From NCBI GenBank assembly GCA_963664405.1, contig OY761158.1, positions 3,008,001-3,072,000 on the forward strand: 64,000 bases of DNA, in the 5' to 3' direction. Numbering within the stretch: the stretch's first letter is position 1; each line of letters opens with the position of its first letter. Shown one piece after another: positions 32,079 to 42,253 of the stretch. The stretch comes from Thermoanaerobaculia bacterium. Lineage in GTDB: Bacteria > Acidobacteriota > Thermoanaerobaculia > Multivoradales > Multivoraceae. The translations under genes were made by a program, and so were the position numbers. The notes under the pieces were generated by a model. It had not been told where the DNA came from. It made no database searches and was given only the letters and a program-made list of their open reading frames with translations.

Positions 32079-35000
32079 ATGTCGATGTCGCGCTCATTCC
32101 TGTCGGTTCTGGTCCTGCTCGTCTCTCTGTGCCTGCCCGGCCTGGCGTTTGGCCAGGTCGCCGGTTCGGTGTCGGGAGTGGTGAAGGACGCGGAAGGCAA
32201 CGCCCTGCCGGGCGTTTCGGTTATCGTCAGTGGCGCGGCTCTTCAGCGAGAGAGCCTGCGCGCAGTCACCGATGCCGATGGCGCCTACCGAGTCTCGCCG
32301 CTGCCTCCGGGTGCTTACGCCATGCGCTTCGAGCTCGACAGCTTCGCCCCCCAGGGCTTCGACGAAATACGGGTAGGTGTCAACGCCCGCGTCACCCTGG
32401 ACTGGACTCTCCTGCCCGAGGCGGTGGCGGAGACCGTGGAGGTGCGGGGCGCGCTGCCTTTGATGGAGATCCAGAGGAGCGAGCTCGCGACCCGTATCGA
32501 AGAAGAGTCGATCGACAACCTGCCGTTGCAGAGCAGAAACGCCGAAGATCTCGTGGTCCTCGTGCCAGGCGTCACGCCTCGGCCGGCCGAGGTTCGCGAC
32601 CAGCAGTTCTCGATTTTCGGCGAGCGACCGTCGGCGACCAGCTTTCGCTACGACGGGGCCGACAATAACGATCCGCTCGACGGCGGGTCCTTCCAGCGCT
32701 ACGCCCAGGACGCCATTCAGGAGTTCGAGGTGGTCACCACCGGTTACCAGGCCGAGTTCGGACGCGCGCAGGCAGGGGTGATCAACGTGCTGACGCGCTC
32801 AGGCACCAATGCGGCCCAGGGCCGAGCCTTTTTCTTCAAGCGCAACGACGCCTGGGACTCCTCCAACGTCGAAGGTCAGGAGGCACCCGAGCTCTCGCGC
32901 GAGCAGTGGGGGCTTTCGCTGGGGGGCAAGTTGCGGCGGGACCGCGCCTTCTTCTTCGTCGCGGGCGAGCTCCTCGACGAAGAGCGTGGTCGCAACATCG
33001 ATTTCAGCACTGTGCCGCAGTGGGTCCAAGACGGCATTTCGACGGTGGGGGGCGAGGAGAACTTCGCCGCAGGCCCCAAGATCGACGGCGAGACGCTGCT
33101 GGGCAAGATCGACTTTCTTCCCAATGACGCCCAGCGCTGGACCCTGAGCCTCAATAGCACTGTGGACGATGCCGACGGCGATATCCCCAGCGGCATTGCC
33201 GGTGCGCTGGTCTTGCCCAGTGCGGCCCGGCTGCAGGAGCGGGATTCACTGGGGTGGACTCTGAATCAGAGCACCGTCCTCAGCCAGCGTGGCGTGCTTG
33301 ATTCGCACGTTCGCCTTCTCGATGGAGAGACCGGCACCAATCTCGACAAGAACGAGCGTGCCGAGGCCATCCTGCTTCTCTTTCGCAGTGGTTTCATCCA
33401 GACCGGCGCGCAGCTTCCGGGCGGTCGGGCCGAGCGGAATATCGACCGCTTCTCCGTCGGCCAATCCTACAGTCGCCTGTCCGGCAGCCACGAGCTGAAG
33501 TTCGGCTATGAGTACCTCGACACATCTTTGGACGGCTTCGAAGAGGTTTCGAACGATGTGGAGTACTCGGCCTACTTTCTCTTTCCCAATGCCATCGATC
33601 TCAACGAGGACCTCTTCCAGAGATTCGGCTTCGAGCACGCGGCGGCCCGCTTCTTCTTCCTCTCCGCCAACCCCGATGGCTCGCTCAATCTCGATATCGA
33701 CAATGAAGACATCGGCCTCTATGGCCAGGACAAGTTGCAGATCAGTGACAACGTCATCATCGACATCGGCCTGCGCTACGACCAAGCCAGCCTCTTTGAT
33801 AATGACGACGACAACTTCGCCCCCCGCTTCGGTCTCACCTGGGACGTGGGCGGCAAGCACCGCACCGTGGTCAAGGCAAGCGCAGGGCTTTTCTACGATC
33901 AGAACGCCCTCATCGCCTCTACCGGCGTGCCCGAGAAGGGTGGCTTTTTCCGACTCAACGGCTTCGATGTCGCGCTTCCACGCCTCGGCGCTCCTTATAC
34001 CGACTCGCTGATCGACCTGGTCATCACATCAGGTTTCCCGATCGGGGGTGGGGCAAGAAGCCCGGCCGAGAATCCGCTCTACGCCCAGTTCGCGGCGGAC
34101 CTGCGCGCCAATCCTCTCCACCTCTACAACCTGCTCGGCATCAACGTGGCCGATGCCGCGAATCCACCTCTGGTCACCGCCGACAACGTGCAGGGGCTGA
34201 GTGGCCTCGGCCCCGACCAGGTGACCAGCTTGCTCGAGACCACTTATCCCGGCACCGACTGGATCTTTTTCGATGTGCCCGGTGGATCAGTCCTCGGCGA
34301 CCGAGTGCTCAGCTTCCTCCCGCGGGGTCCCCTGGACGTGACGCGTACGCTGCAGACCTACGACCGCGACCTGGTGCCCTCGACCGAGGCCTACACCCTC
34401 GGTGTCGAGCACCAACTGGGCTCCAACTACCGGGTCGCGCTCAATCTGGTGAAGCGTGAGACGAGAGACCTTCTCACCACTCGCATCGTCAACCTCTTCG
34501 ACGTTGCGCCAGGCGAGCCCGGCTTCGGCACCACGACCGACGGCGGCCCGCGGATCAGCGAGGTCGGCTACGACGGCGTCATCGACTACGAAGGTGCGAC
34601 AGTGAGCTTGTGGAGACCCTTCCGAGATCGCTGGGGCTTCATGTTCTCTTATACCTACTCGGAGAACGACGACAATCTTCTGACCGGGAACGTGGGCTCG
34701 GGGTTCAGTAACAACAATCATCCGGAGTTCGACTACGGCACCTCGAGCCTTTCGGTCCCGAACGTCGCCGTCGCCAACGTCAGTGCGCTTCTGCCTCTCG
34801 ATTTCCGTGTGAGCGCGATCGCCTTCTACCGTGACGGTCCGGCATTTTCCCCCAGGGGCATCGTCGACACGGACGGCGATGGTCTCGTTGATCAGAGAGA
34901 TCTCAGCCAGCCTCGCAACGCTTTCCGCGTTGACGAGATCTTGAACGTCGACTTGCGCGTCGAGAAGCCCTTCTCTCTTGGCAACGGCCACGAGATATCC

Positions 35001-35147
35001 CTTCTGGTGGACGCTTTCAACATCACCAACGAAGACAATGTGGCCGGCGTAAACAACGTGTCGGGCCCCGACTTCGGTACCCCCAATAGCTTTCTCCCGG
35101 GCCGCGAGATCCAGGTCGGGGTGCGCTACTTTCTCGGCGGTCGCTAG
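32079..35147 (+). CDS. TonB-dependent receptor with carboxypeptidase-regulatory-like N-domain (Oar type)
   Basis: Signal peptide, AIQEFEVVTTGYQAEFGRA, TRSGTN, NFAPRFG.TWD and terminal GREIQVGVRYF. Confidence 0.92.
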   Translation: MSMSRSFLSVLVLLVSLCLPGLAFGQVAGSVSGVVKDAEGNALPGVSVIVSGAALQRESLRAVTDADGAYRVSPLPPGAYAMRFELDSFAPQGFDEIRVGVNARVTLDWTLLPEAVAETVEVRGALPLMEIQRSELATRIEEESIDNLPLQSRNAEDLVVLVPGVTPRPAEVRDQQFSIFGERPSATSFRYDGADNNDPLDGGSFQRYAQDAIQEFEVVTTGYQAEFGRAQAGVINVLTRSGTNAAQGRAFFFKRNDAWDSSNVEGQEAPELSREQWGLSLGGKLRRDRAFFFVAGELLDEERGRNIDFSTVPQWVQDGISTVGGEENFAAGPKIDGETLLGKIDFLPNDAQRWTLSLNSTVDDADGDIPSGIAGALVLPSAARLQERDSLGWTLNQSTVLSQRGVLDSHVRLLDGETGTNLDKNERAEAILLLFRSGFIQTGAQLPGGRAERNIDRFSVGQSYSRLSGSHELKFGYEYLDTSLDGFEEVSNDVEYSAYFLFPNAIDLNEDLFQRFGFEHAAARFFFLSANPDGSLNLDIDNEDIGLYGQDKLQISDNVIIDIGLRYDQASLFDNDDDNFAPRFGLTWDVGGKHRTVVKASAGLFYDQNALIASTGVPEKGGFFRLNGFDVALPRLGAPYTDSLIDLVITSGFPIGGGARSPAENPLYAQFAADLRANPLHLYNLLGINVADAANPPLVTADNVQGLSGLGPDQVTSLLETTYPGTDWIFFDVPGGSVLGDRVLSFLPRGPLDVTRTLQTYDRDLVPSTEAYTLGVEHQLGSNYRVALNLVKRETRDLLTTRIVNLFDVAPGEPGFGTTTDGGPRISEVGYDGVIDYEGATVSLWRPFRDRWGFMFSYTYSENDDNLLTGNVGSGFSNNNHPEFDYGTSSLSVPNVAVANVSALLPLDFRVSAIAFYRDGPAFSPRGIVDTDGDGLVDQRDLSQPRNAFRVDEILNVDLRVEKPFSLGNGHEISLLVDAFNITNEDNVAGVNNVSGPDFGTPNSFLPGREIQVGVRYFLGGR

Positions 35148-35148
35148 G

Positions 35149-36411
35149 GTGTCCCAGGCCTCTGTCGATGCGGTCCTCGCCGAGGTCGAGGAGGCCGCCG
35201 ACGAGCTCGTCGAGCTCGCTCTCGAGCTGATACGGGTACCGACCGTCAACCCGCCGGGAGAGCACTACCGCGACTGCGCAGAGCTCATAGGTCGCCGGCT
35301 GGAGGACTTCGGATTCGAGGTCGATTACCCGTGCCCCCGCCAGCAGCCCAGCCCCGCTTACCCTCGAGTGAACGTCGTTGGGACTCGCCGGGGTGAGGAG
35401 GCTCACCCGATGGTCCATTTGAATGGCCACTTCGATGTTGTGCCTGTCGGTGACGGCTGGACGGTCGATCCCTTCGCCGGAGTGGTGCGCGACGGTCGCG
35501 TCTATGGTCGGGGCTCCGCCGACATGAAGTGCGGCCTGGCGGCGGCGATGATCGCTGCCGAGGCGCTACGTCGCGCCGGGGTGCCGCTGCGTGGCTCGAT
35601 CGAGATCAGTGGCACCGTCGATGAGGAGAGTGGCGGTTTCGCCGGCATGGCCGAGCTCGCCGAGACCGGGCGAGTCTCGGCGGCTCGTACCGATCACGTG
35701 ATCATTCCGGAGCCTTTGAACGTCGACCGTATCTGCGTAGGTCATCGCGGCGTCTACTGGTTCAAGGTGTCGGCGCGCGGGCGGATCGGCCACGGCAGCA
35801 TGCCCTTCCTCGGCTCGAGCGCGATCGACCCCATCGGTCGGCTGCTCGAGAAGGTGCGCACCGAGCTTCGGCCGGCGATCGCTATGCGGCGAACGGAGAT
35901 GCCGGTAGTCCCGGAAGAGGCGCGACATGGCTCGATCAATGTCAACGCGATAATGGGCGGGCAGGCGGGGCTCGACCCCCAGACACCCTGTGTCGCCCAC
36001 GCCGGCGAAGCGATCTTCGACCGCCGCTACCTCTTGGAAGAGGGCTTCGAGGCGACCCGCCAGGAAGTGCGCGACCTTGTCGAGGCGGTCGCGGCCGAGG
36101 ATTCATCGTGGCGTCTCGAGATCGAGGATCTGCTAACGGTGCGACCGACCCAGACCCCCGACGGCGATCCGCTGGTGCAGTGCCTGGAGAACAGCATCTC
36201 CAAGCTGCTCGGTCGCCCGGCCACCCTGGTGGCGAGCCCCGGTACCTACGACCAAAAGCACGTCACCCAGATCGGGGGTGTCGCAAGCTGCGTGGCCTAT
36301 GGCCCCGGCGTTCTCGAGCAGGCGCACCAGCCCGACGAGTGGTGCGATGTGCGCGACATGGTCGATGCGGCTAGAGTGATGGCGCTAACCCTCCTCGACT
36401 TGGTTGGATGA
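35149..36411 (+). CDS. M20 metallohydrolase, ArgE/DapE family
   Basis: NGHFDVVP, GRGSADMK, VDEESGG, IIPEP and AHQPDE. Confidence 0.92.
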   Translation: MSQASVDAVLAEVEEAADELVELALELIRVPTVNPPGEHYRDCAELIGRRLEDFGFEVDYPCPRQQPSPAYPRVNVVGTRRGEEAHPMVHLNGHFDVVPVGDGWTVDPFAGVVRDGRVYGRGSADMKCGLAAAMIAAEALRRAGVPLRGSIEISGTVDEESGGFAGMAELAETGRVSAARTDHVIIPEPLNVDRICVGHRGVYWFKVSARGRIGHGSMPFLGSSAIDPIGRLLEKVRTELRPAIAMRRTEMPVVPEEARHGSINVNAIMGGQAGLDPQTPCVAHAGEAIFDRRYLLEEGFEATRQEVRDLVEAVAAEDSSWRLEIEDLLTVRPTQTPDGDPLVQCLENSISKLLGRPATLVASPGTYDQKHVTQIGGVASCVAYGPGVLEQAHQPDEWCDVRDMVDAARVMALTLLDLVG

Positions 36412-36430
36412 CGGCTACGAGGTGCTGAAC

Positions 36431-37486
36431 ATGATGAACGAGACCTTCTCCTGGTTTGTGCTCCCGCTCTTTGTGATGGCGGCCATGAGTCCGGCGCGAG
36501 GCGCCGAGAGGAGGGGTCTGACCGCGGTCGAAGGACTCAAGGTAGGTCACTTCACTCTCGACGAAAGGCCGACCGGGTGCACCGTGATCCTTGCCGAAGG
36601 CGGCGCGGTGGGGGGCGTCGACATTCGTGGCGGCGCGCCGGCGACCCGAGAGACGGATCTTCTCGATCCGGTGAACATGGTGCAGGAGATCCACGCGGTC
36701 GTGCTTTCAGGAGGAAGCGCCTTCGGGCTCGATTCCGCCGCCGGAGTGATGCGATATCTGGAGGAGAAGAAGATCGGCTTCCCGGTCGGTGTCGGTGTCG
36801 TCCCTATCGTCGTCGGCGCCAGCCTCTTCGATCTCGGTATCGGTGGTCGACCCGAGATTCGGCCGGACGCGGCGTGCGGCTACGCGGCGGCAAAAGCCGC
36901 TGGCAGCGGAGAGGTAGCCGAGGGCAACGTCGGTGCCGGCGCCGGGGCGACGGTTGGCAAGCTTGGTGGAAGGGGGCGCGCGATGAAGGCGGGCATCGGC
37001 ACCGCTGCGATCGAGCTCGAAGACGGGCTGGTGGTCGCGGCCCTGGTCGCGGTCAATGCGATCGGCGACATCATCGATCCGGCGACCGGCCGCACCGTCG
37101 CGGGTGTCCGTAGCGAGGATGGCCGCAGCTTGGCCGACGCTCGTGTGCTGCTCCGCTCCGGCGGCGGGATCCCGCCGCGGCCGCTCGAAAATACGACCCT
37201 CGGCGTGGTCGCGACCAATGCCAATCTCACCAAAGCCGAGGCGACCAAGATGGCGCAGATGGCCCACGACGGCTACGCCCGAGCGATTGCTCCGGCCCAT
37301 ATGCAGGGCGACGGGGACACGATCTTCGCGCTGGCGACCGGCGCCCTCGGCCGAGGCGCGGATGTCTCGAGGCTCGGGGCGCTCGGCGCCGACGTCATGG
37401 CGCAGGCGATCGTGCGCGCCGCGTTTGCGGCGAAGGGCATCGAAGGGCTGCCTGCGGCCGGCGACCTCGATGGCGAGAACCCTTGA
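36431..37486 (+). CDS. P1/S58 (DmpA-like) peptidase, probably secreted; start uncertain
   Basis: TGCTVI, RGGAPATRETDLL, LSGGSAFGL, ENTTLGVVATNA and DGDTIF. Confidence 0.9.
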   Translation: MMNETFSWFVLPLFVMAAMSPARGAERRGLTAVEGLKVGHFTLDERPTGCTVILAEGGAVGGVDIRGGAPATRETDLLDPVNMVQEIHAVVLSGGSAFGLDSAAGVMRYLEEKKIGFPVGVGVVPIVVGASLFDLGIGGRPEIRPDAACGYAAAKAAGSGEVAEGNVGAGAGATVGKLGGRGRAMKAGIGTAAIELEDGLVVAALVAVNAIGDIIDPATGRTVAGVRSEDGRSLADARVLLRSGGGIPPRPLENTTLGVVATNANLTKAEATKMAQMAHDGYARAIAPAHMQGDGDTIFALATGALGRGADVSRLGALGADVMAQAIVRAAFAAKGIEGLPAAGDLDGENP

Positions 37487-37493
37487 AGAGGGA

Positions 37494-38288
37494 ATGACGA
37501 TGAAGAGTCTCTTCGACTTGAGCGGCAAGAGTGTCGCGGTCGTCGGCTCCGGCTCCGGCATCGGGGCCGCTGCCGCCGCCGGATGCGCCGCGCACGGCGC
37601 CAGCGTCTGGTGTCTAGATCTCGATCACGATGCGGCCGAGACGACGGCCGATGCCATTCGTTCTGCCGGTGGCAAGGGCGTTGCGGGTGTCGTCGACGTC
37701 TTGGATGGCGACCAGACTCGTGCGTCACTTGCCGCGATCCAGCGCGATCACGGCGCTCTCGACGCCGCGGTGGCGACTCCGGGTGTCAATGTTCGCAAGC
37801 CCCTCCTCGAATACGACGACGACGAGTTCGATCGCGTCGTCGGCGTCAATCTCAAGGGCTCGCTACACGTTCTCCAGGCCGCGGGCGTGATCATGAAGGA
37901 GCAGGGTCGAGGCTCGATCGTGCTCTACTCGTCGATCCGCTCTCTCGTTGTCGAACCGGGTCAGGGCGTCTACGCCGCTACCAAGGCAGGCATCGTGCAG
38001 ATGGTGAGATCGCTCGCCGCTGAGCTCGGACCTTCGGGTGTGCGGGTGAACGCAGTAGCTCCCGGCGTGGTCGAGACCCCCCTGACCAAGCCGATCAAGG
38101 ACCAGCCTGATTGGTACCGGGCGTACGCTGAGAAGGGCGCGCTCGGCCGCTGGGCACGGGCCGAGGAGATGGCTGGTCCTACGGTTTTTCTTCTCTCCGA
38201 GGCGGCCAGCTACGTAACCGGCAGTGTTCTCTTCGTCGACGGCGGGTGGACCGCCGTTGATGGTCGCTTCACCCCGCCCGGAATGTGA
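37494..38288 (+). CDS. SDR-family oxidoreductase
   Basis: GSGSGIG, YAATK, VRVNAVAPG and YVTGSVLFVDGG. Confidence 0.93.
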   Translation: MTMKSLFDLSGKSVAVVGSGSGIGAAAAAGCAAHGASVWCLDLDHDAAETTADAIRSAGGKGVAGVVDVLDGDQTRASLAAIQRDHGALDAAVATPGVNVRKPLLEYDDDEFDRVVGVNLKGSLHVLQAAGVIMKEQGRGSIVLYSSIRSLVVEPGQGVYAATKAGIVQMVRSLAAELGPSGVRVNAVAPGVVETPLTKPIKDQPDWYRAYAEKGALGRWARAEEMAGPTVFLLSEAASYVTGSVLFVDGGWTAVDGRFTPPGM

Positions 38289-38585
38289 TCTCGCAGGTCC
38301 TCGGCGCCGTTGTCCGGCACAAGGTGCTGATCGAGGGTCGTAGCGAGCGATCGGTGGCCCTTGAGCTGGGAGTGAGCCGGAATACGGTTCGCAAGTACAG
38401 GGAGCTGAGCGAGCCTCGGCGGGTGGTGTTGGCACCGCGCCGTCGCATGGTGCTGGAGCGGGTGGCTCCGCGTATGGAGGAGCTTCTTGAGGATTGGTCG
38501 AGACGGACGACTCGCAAGCAGCGGATCACGGGGAGTCGTCTGCACAGCCAGCTGGTGTCGGAAGGCTTGGAGGTCGGGATCACGA
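38285..38585 (+). pseudogene. IS21-family IstA N-terminal fragment interrupted by a group II intron
   Basis: HTH RSVALELGVSRNTVRKY and KQRITGSRLHSQL..EG; the frame breaks at GTGCG. Confidence 0.8.
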
Positions 38586-38981
38586 GTGCGCTGGGAGAAG
38601 CTGATGTTTGACATGAAGGTGAGAGTCCTTCGTCACCAAAGCCGTAGCAGGCAGGTGAGAACCGAGTCTTGCGGGCGCGCCGGTAACGTCGTGTTCGAAG
38701 CGTAGACAGGAGTCGTGCAGGGTGCAGGAAGTCAGCCCCGAAAGCACCAAAGTCGTGGAGGCCGAGCGTGTTCGTGAGCGCGAAGGCAGTATGAGCATCG
38801 CCGCTATCGCGAGGCGGAGTCGCTCCACCGGGGTCGAGGACTGTGTCACGTACGAAAGGTCGACATCGGAACCCAGGAGACCCGACCGGGTCCGACGGGC
38901 TGGTCCCCGTCGGGGGCGTCGCGCGAGGGAGAACCACAGCGCGTCGCTGAGCTGAGGTCGGGAGTCGGACTGGCTGATAGT
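38586..38981 (+). mobile_element. Group II intron A, 5' part (domain I), interrupted
   Basis: GTGCG start and DI hallmarks (GGTGAGAGTCC, GGTAAC..GAAGCGTAGACAG, GCCGA..GAAGGCA, GGAAC.CAGGAGA, GGAGTCGGA..ATAGT). Confidence 0.75.
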
Positions 38982-40371
38982 GTGCGCCAGGCAGCGCGTT
39001 GATCGGGAGGGTTTGAGTCCCTCCGGCGCTCGGATGAGGGGCGTCGTATCCAAAAGCGGGGGTAATGCCTCGCTGGCCGAAGAGGGAGACAGGTATGGAG
39101 AGCTCTAAACGGGCACGAAGGGGAAACCCGGAAACAGCCAAGGGTGACCTGGAGCCAGCTCTCGTGAGACTTCGGAGGGCAGGGTGTCCACCGCGAGGTG
39201 GGATCCGAAGGGCTTGCGGAGAAGTACCGGGCCGTAGTCGATGGGGGCCACCCCGAAGACGAACCGGTCGGCCAAAGGTGGGACAAGGTCGAGCCTGCAG
39301 TATGGAGGCGAAGGCATTTTTCATCCACCCACCGCACCAAGGTGTTTGCGGACGGCACGGTACGGAAGATCAGCGTGTGACCCTGGGAGAGCTCGTCGTG
39401 TCTGCGGGTGGCACCGCGGTAACGGACCCTATAAGCGCAAGCGAAGTGGGAAGGGATGCGCGGCGAGCAGTCGGACGGTCGAGTAGTACTTCAAGCGCGG
39501 TGAAAGCCGTGTGACCGCGAGGAGCGGCAGCTGTGTGAGCTGGGGAAGGCGGCCGGCGAAGACGGTAGGGGAGAGAAGGAAGGCGAGCGAGTAAGGCGGT
39601 CGAGGCTGGATAGTTCCATGAGTGAAAAACCCGAACATCGACAGCCGAGGAGACTGGCTGACTGGATCAACCCGTCGGGAGAGAGGAAGATTCACTCTCT
39701 GATCGACAAGGTGTACAAGCGCAAGAACCTGGAGATCGCCTGGGAACGCGTCAAGTCCAATCGGGGCGCGGGCGGCATCGACGGCCAGAGCATCGAGGAG
39801 TTCTCCGAGGGGCTCTCTGAGCACCTCGACAGACTTCACGAGGAGCTGTGTCGTGATGAGTACCGACCGCAACCCGTGAGGCAGAAGCGGATCCCGAAGG
39901 CGGGCCAGCCGGGGAAGTACCGCACGTTGGGCATCCCCACGGTCTATGACCGTGTCTGCCAGCAAGCGATGCTGAATCGGTTGGAGCCGATCTTCGAGCC
40001 GGTATTCGATGCTGCCAGCTTCGGATACCGTCGAGGGCGATCCCAACACGGGGCTCTGCGCAAGGTTTGGAAGGAGATCCAATCGGGCAAGGAGTGGATC
40101 GTGGACGCGGACCTGAGGGATTTCTTCGGGAGCGTGGACCACGAGAAGCTGTTGACGCTCGTGAGCCAACGGGTTTCCGACGGTCGGGTGCTGAGGGTTT
40201 TGCGCTCAGTACTCAAAGCCGGGAGCTACGGGGAGGGTCGCCTGTTTCCGACCGAGCGTGGGACTCCGCAGGGCGGGGTCGTATCGCCCTTGCTGAGCAA
40301 CATTCTTCTGACTCCTTTTGATCAGGAGATGCGACGCAGAGGGTTTCGACTCACGCGGTATGCCGACGACT
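38982..40371 (+). mobile_element. Group II intron B, 5' part with N-terminal RT, nested in intron A
   Basis: GTGCG start, structured RNA region, then an RT ORF from 39618. Confidence 0.75.
39618..40371 (+). pseudogene. ltrA: Group II intron RT/maturase N-half, cut directly after YADD
   Basis: GAGGIDG, RTLGIPTVYDRVCQQA, SFGYRRGRS, DADLRDFF, GTPQGGVVSPLLSNI and TRYADD. Confidence 0.9.
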
Positions 40372-42253
40372 GTGCGCCACGACGGCGCGAAAGGAGTACT
40401 CATGTAATTGGGTGTTCTAGAGCAGCCTTGCTACACGAGAGATGAGGGTGGGCCCCTCGGAGCCGGCATGCAGGTGCAGGCTTCAAACCGCCACGAGCTG
40501 CGCGGGTCAAGAGCCCGGGTGGTGAGCGTCGCTGGAAAAGGCGGGACAAGATTCCGTCAGGTGTGGATCGAGGAGACGAGCGCAAGCGAACCGTCGATGA
40601 CCTGTCGAAAGCGTAGGGACGACGTCAAAACCGGAGGGAGTCGTTACTCCGGGAGGAGTCTGGGTGTTACCTGCCTACAGCCCAGGCGGCGTCCGGCAGC
40701 AAGGCGGCGTGACCTCGATGCAGGCTCTCGTGTGGAACGTGGGAACCTGTCGTCCCGATGCGAAGGGAGAATTCCAAGTGGTCGACCCATGAGGAAGAGA
40801 GTACCGATGCGGGGCACAGGGGCGGAGTCGCGCGTAGTAGTGAGGAAGGTCCTGTAATGGGGCCGGAGCGAAGGCGCGGCACCAACCAGCCGGGTCCGGA
40901 GGCCAACCGGCAACGGGAGGAGTCTTTGGCGAAGGCAAAGCCCTTTCGCATTCCCAAGCGGTGGGTTTGGGAGGCGTACAAGCGGGTAAAGGCAAACCGA
41001 GGCGCGGCAGGCGTGGATGGGCAGTCGTTGGCAGCTTTCGAGGAGCGTCTGAGAGACAATCTGTACAAGCTGTGGAATCGGCTGTCATCAGGGAGCTACA
41101 TGCCGCCGCCGGTCAAGCGGGTAGAGATCCCGAAGCCCGGCGGTGGAACGCGTCCCCTGGGTGTGCCAACCGTGGCGGATCGGATCGCGCAAACGGTCGT
41201 GAAGAGGATCCTGGAGGCCGAGGTGGAGACACACTTCCACCCAGACTCCTACGGGTACCGGCCCGGGAAATCAGCGCTTGGTGCGTTGGGTGTGGCGCGG
41301 CAGCGATGCTGGCGCTACGACTGGGTTTTGGATCTCGATGTCAAAGGTTTTTTCGACGCGATCGATCACGATCTTCTGCTGCGGGCGGTGCGTTACCACA
41401 CGGATTGCCGTTGGGTGCTGCTCTACATTGGGCGGTGGCTCCGTGCCCCCGTTCAGTTGAAGGATGGCACTCTTGAGTCTCGGGAGAGGGGGACTCCCCA
41501 GGGGTCGGTGGTTTCACCACTGCTGGCGAACCTCTTCTTGCACTATGCGTTCGACCGGTGGATGGCGCGTCACCACTCGGACATTCCGTTCGAGAGGTTT
41601 GCTGACGATGCGATCTGCCATTGCCGAACGGCGGAGCAAGCGCAGAGACTGAAGCAGGAGCTCGCGGGTCGCTTTGCGGCATGTGGGCTTGAGCTGCATC
41701 CGCGCAAGACGAAGATCGTCTACTGCAAGGATGACGACCGACGGGGGACGTACGAGAACGAGAAGTTTGACTTCTTGGGCTACACGTTTCGTGCTCGGCG
41801 ATCGAAGAATCGCTGGGGTAAGTACTTCGTCAACTTCAGTCCCGGCGTGAGCAACGCGGCGGGTAAAGCGATGCGTCAGACCATTCGGGGCTGGCGTCTC
41901 GACTGTCGGATCGACAAGCAAGTGGACGACCTGGCTCGGATGTTCAATCCGATCGTCCAGGGCTGGATCAACTACTACGGTCGGTACTACAAGTCGGCGC
42001 TCTATCCGTCCCTTTGCCATCTTGATCGTCATCTGGCTCGCTGGGCGAGGGCGAAATACAAACGTCTGCGGAGACATCGAAGGAGATCGGATCAGTGGGT
42101 GCGGAAAGTCCGTGACCGGGATCCACATCTCTTTGCGCATTGGCGCTTCATGTCGTCTCAGGCGAAGGCTGGATGGTAAGAGCCGGATGAGTGGAGACAT
42201 TCACGTCCGGTTCTGTGAGGGGGTGGGGGTGAGATTCCCCCGCCCTACTCGAC
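40372..42253 (+). mobile_element. Group II intron C, complete (1882 nt, class D/RmInt1-like)
   Basis: GTGCG 5' end, EBS1 loop, DV GAGCCGGATGAGTGGAGACATTCACGTCCGGTTC, DVI ending CTACTCGAC. Confidence 0.92.
40926..42179 (+). CDS. ltrA: Group II intron reverse transcriptase/maturase without endonuclease domain
   Basis: TTG start after GGAGG. KPFRIPK..AYKRVKANRGAAGVD, GTPQGSVVSPLLANL, FERFADD, FDFLGY, GWINYYG and LFAHW. Confidence 0.93.
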   Translation: MAKAKPFRIPKRWVWEAYKRVKANRGAAGVDGQSLAAFEERLRDNLYKLWNRLSSGSYMPPPVKRVEIPKPGGGTRPLGVPTVADRIAQTVVKRILEAEVETHFHPDSYGYRPGKSALGALGVARQRCWRYDWVLDLDVKGFFDAIDHDLLLRAVRYHTDCRWVLLYIGRWLRAPVQLKDGTLESRERGTPQGSVVSPLLANLFLHYAFDRWMARHHSDIPFERFADDAICHCRTAEQAQRLKQELAGRFAACGLELHPRKTKIVYCKDDDRRGTYENEKFDFLGYTFRARRSKNRWGKYFVNFSPGVSNAAGKAMRQTIRGWRLDCRIDKQVDDLARMFNPIVQGWINYYGRYYKSALYPSLCHLDRHLARWARAKYKRLRRHRRRSDQWVRKVRDRDPHLFAHWRFMSSQAKAGW

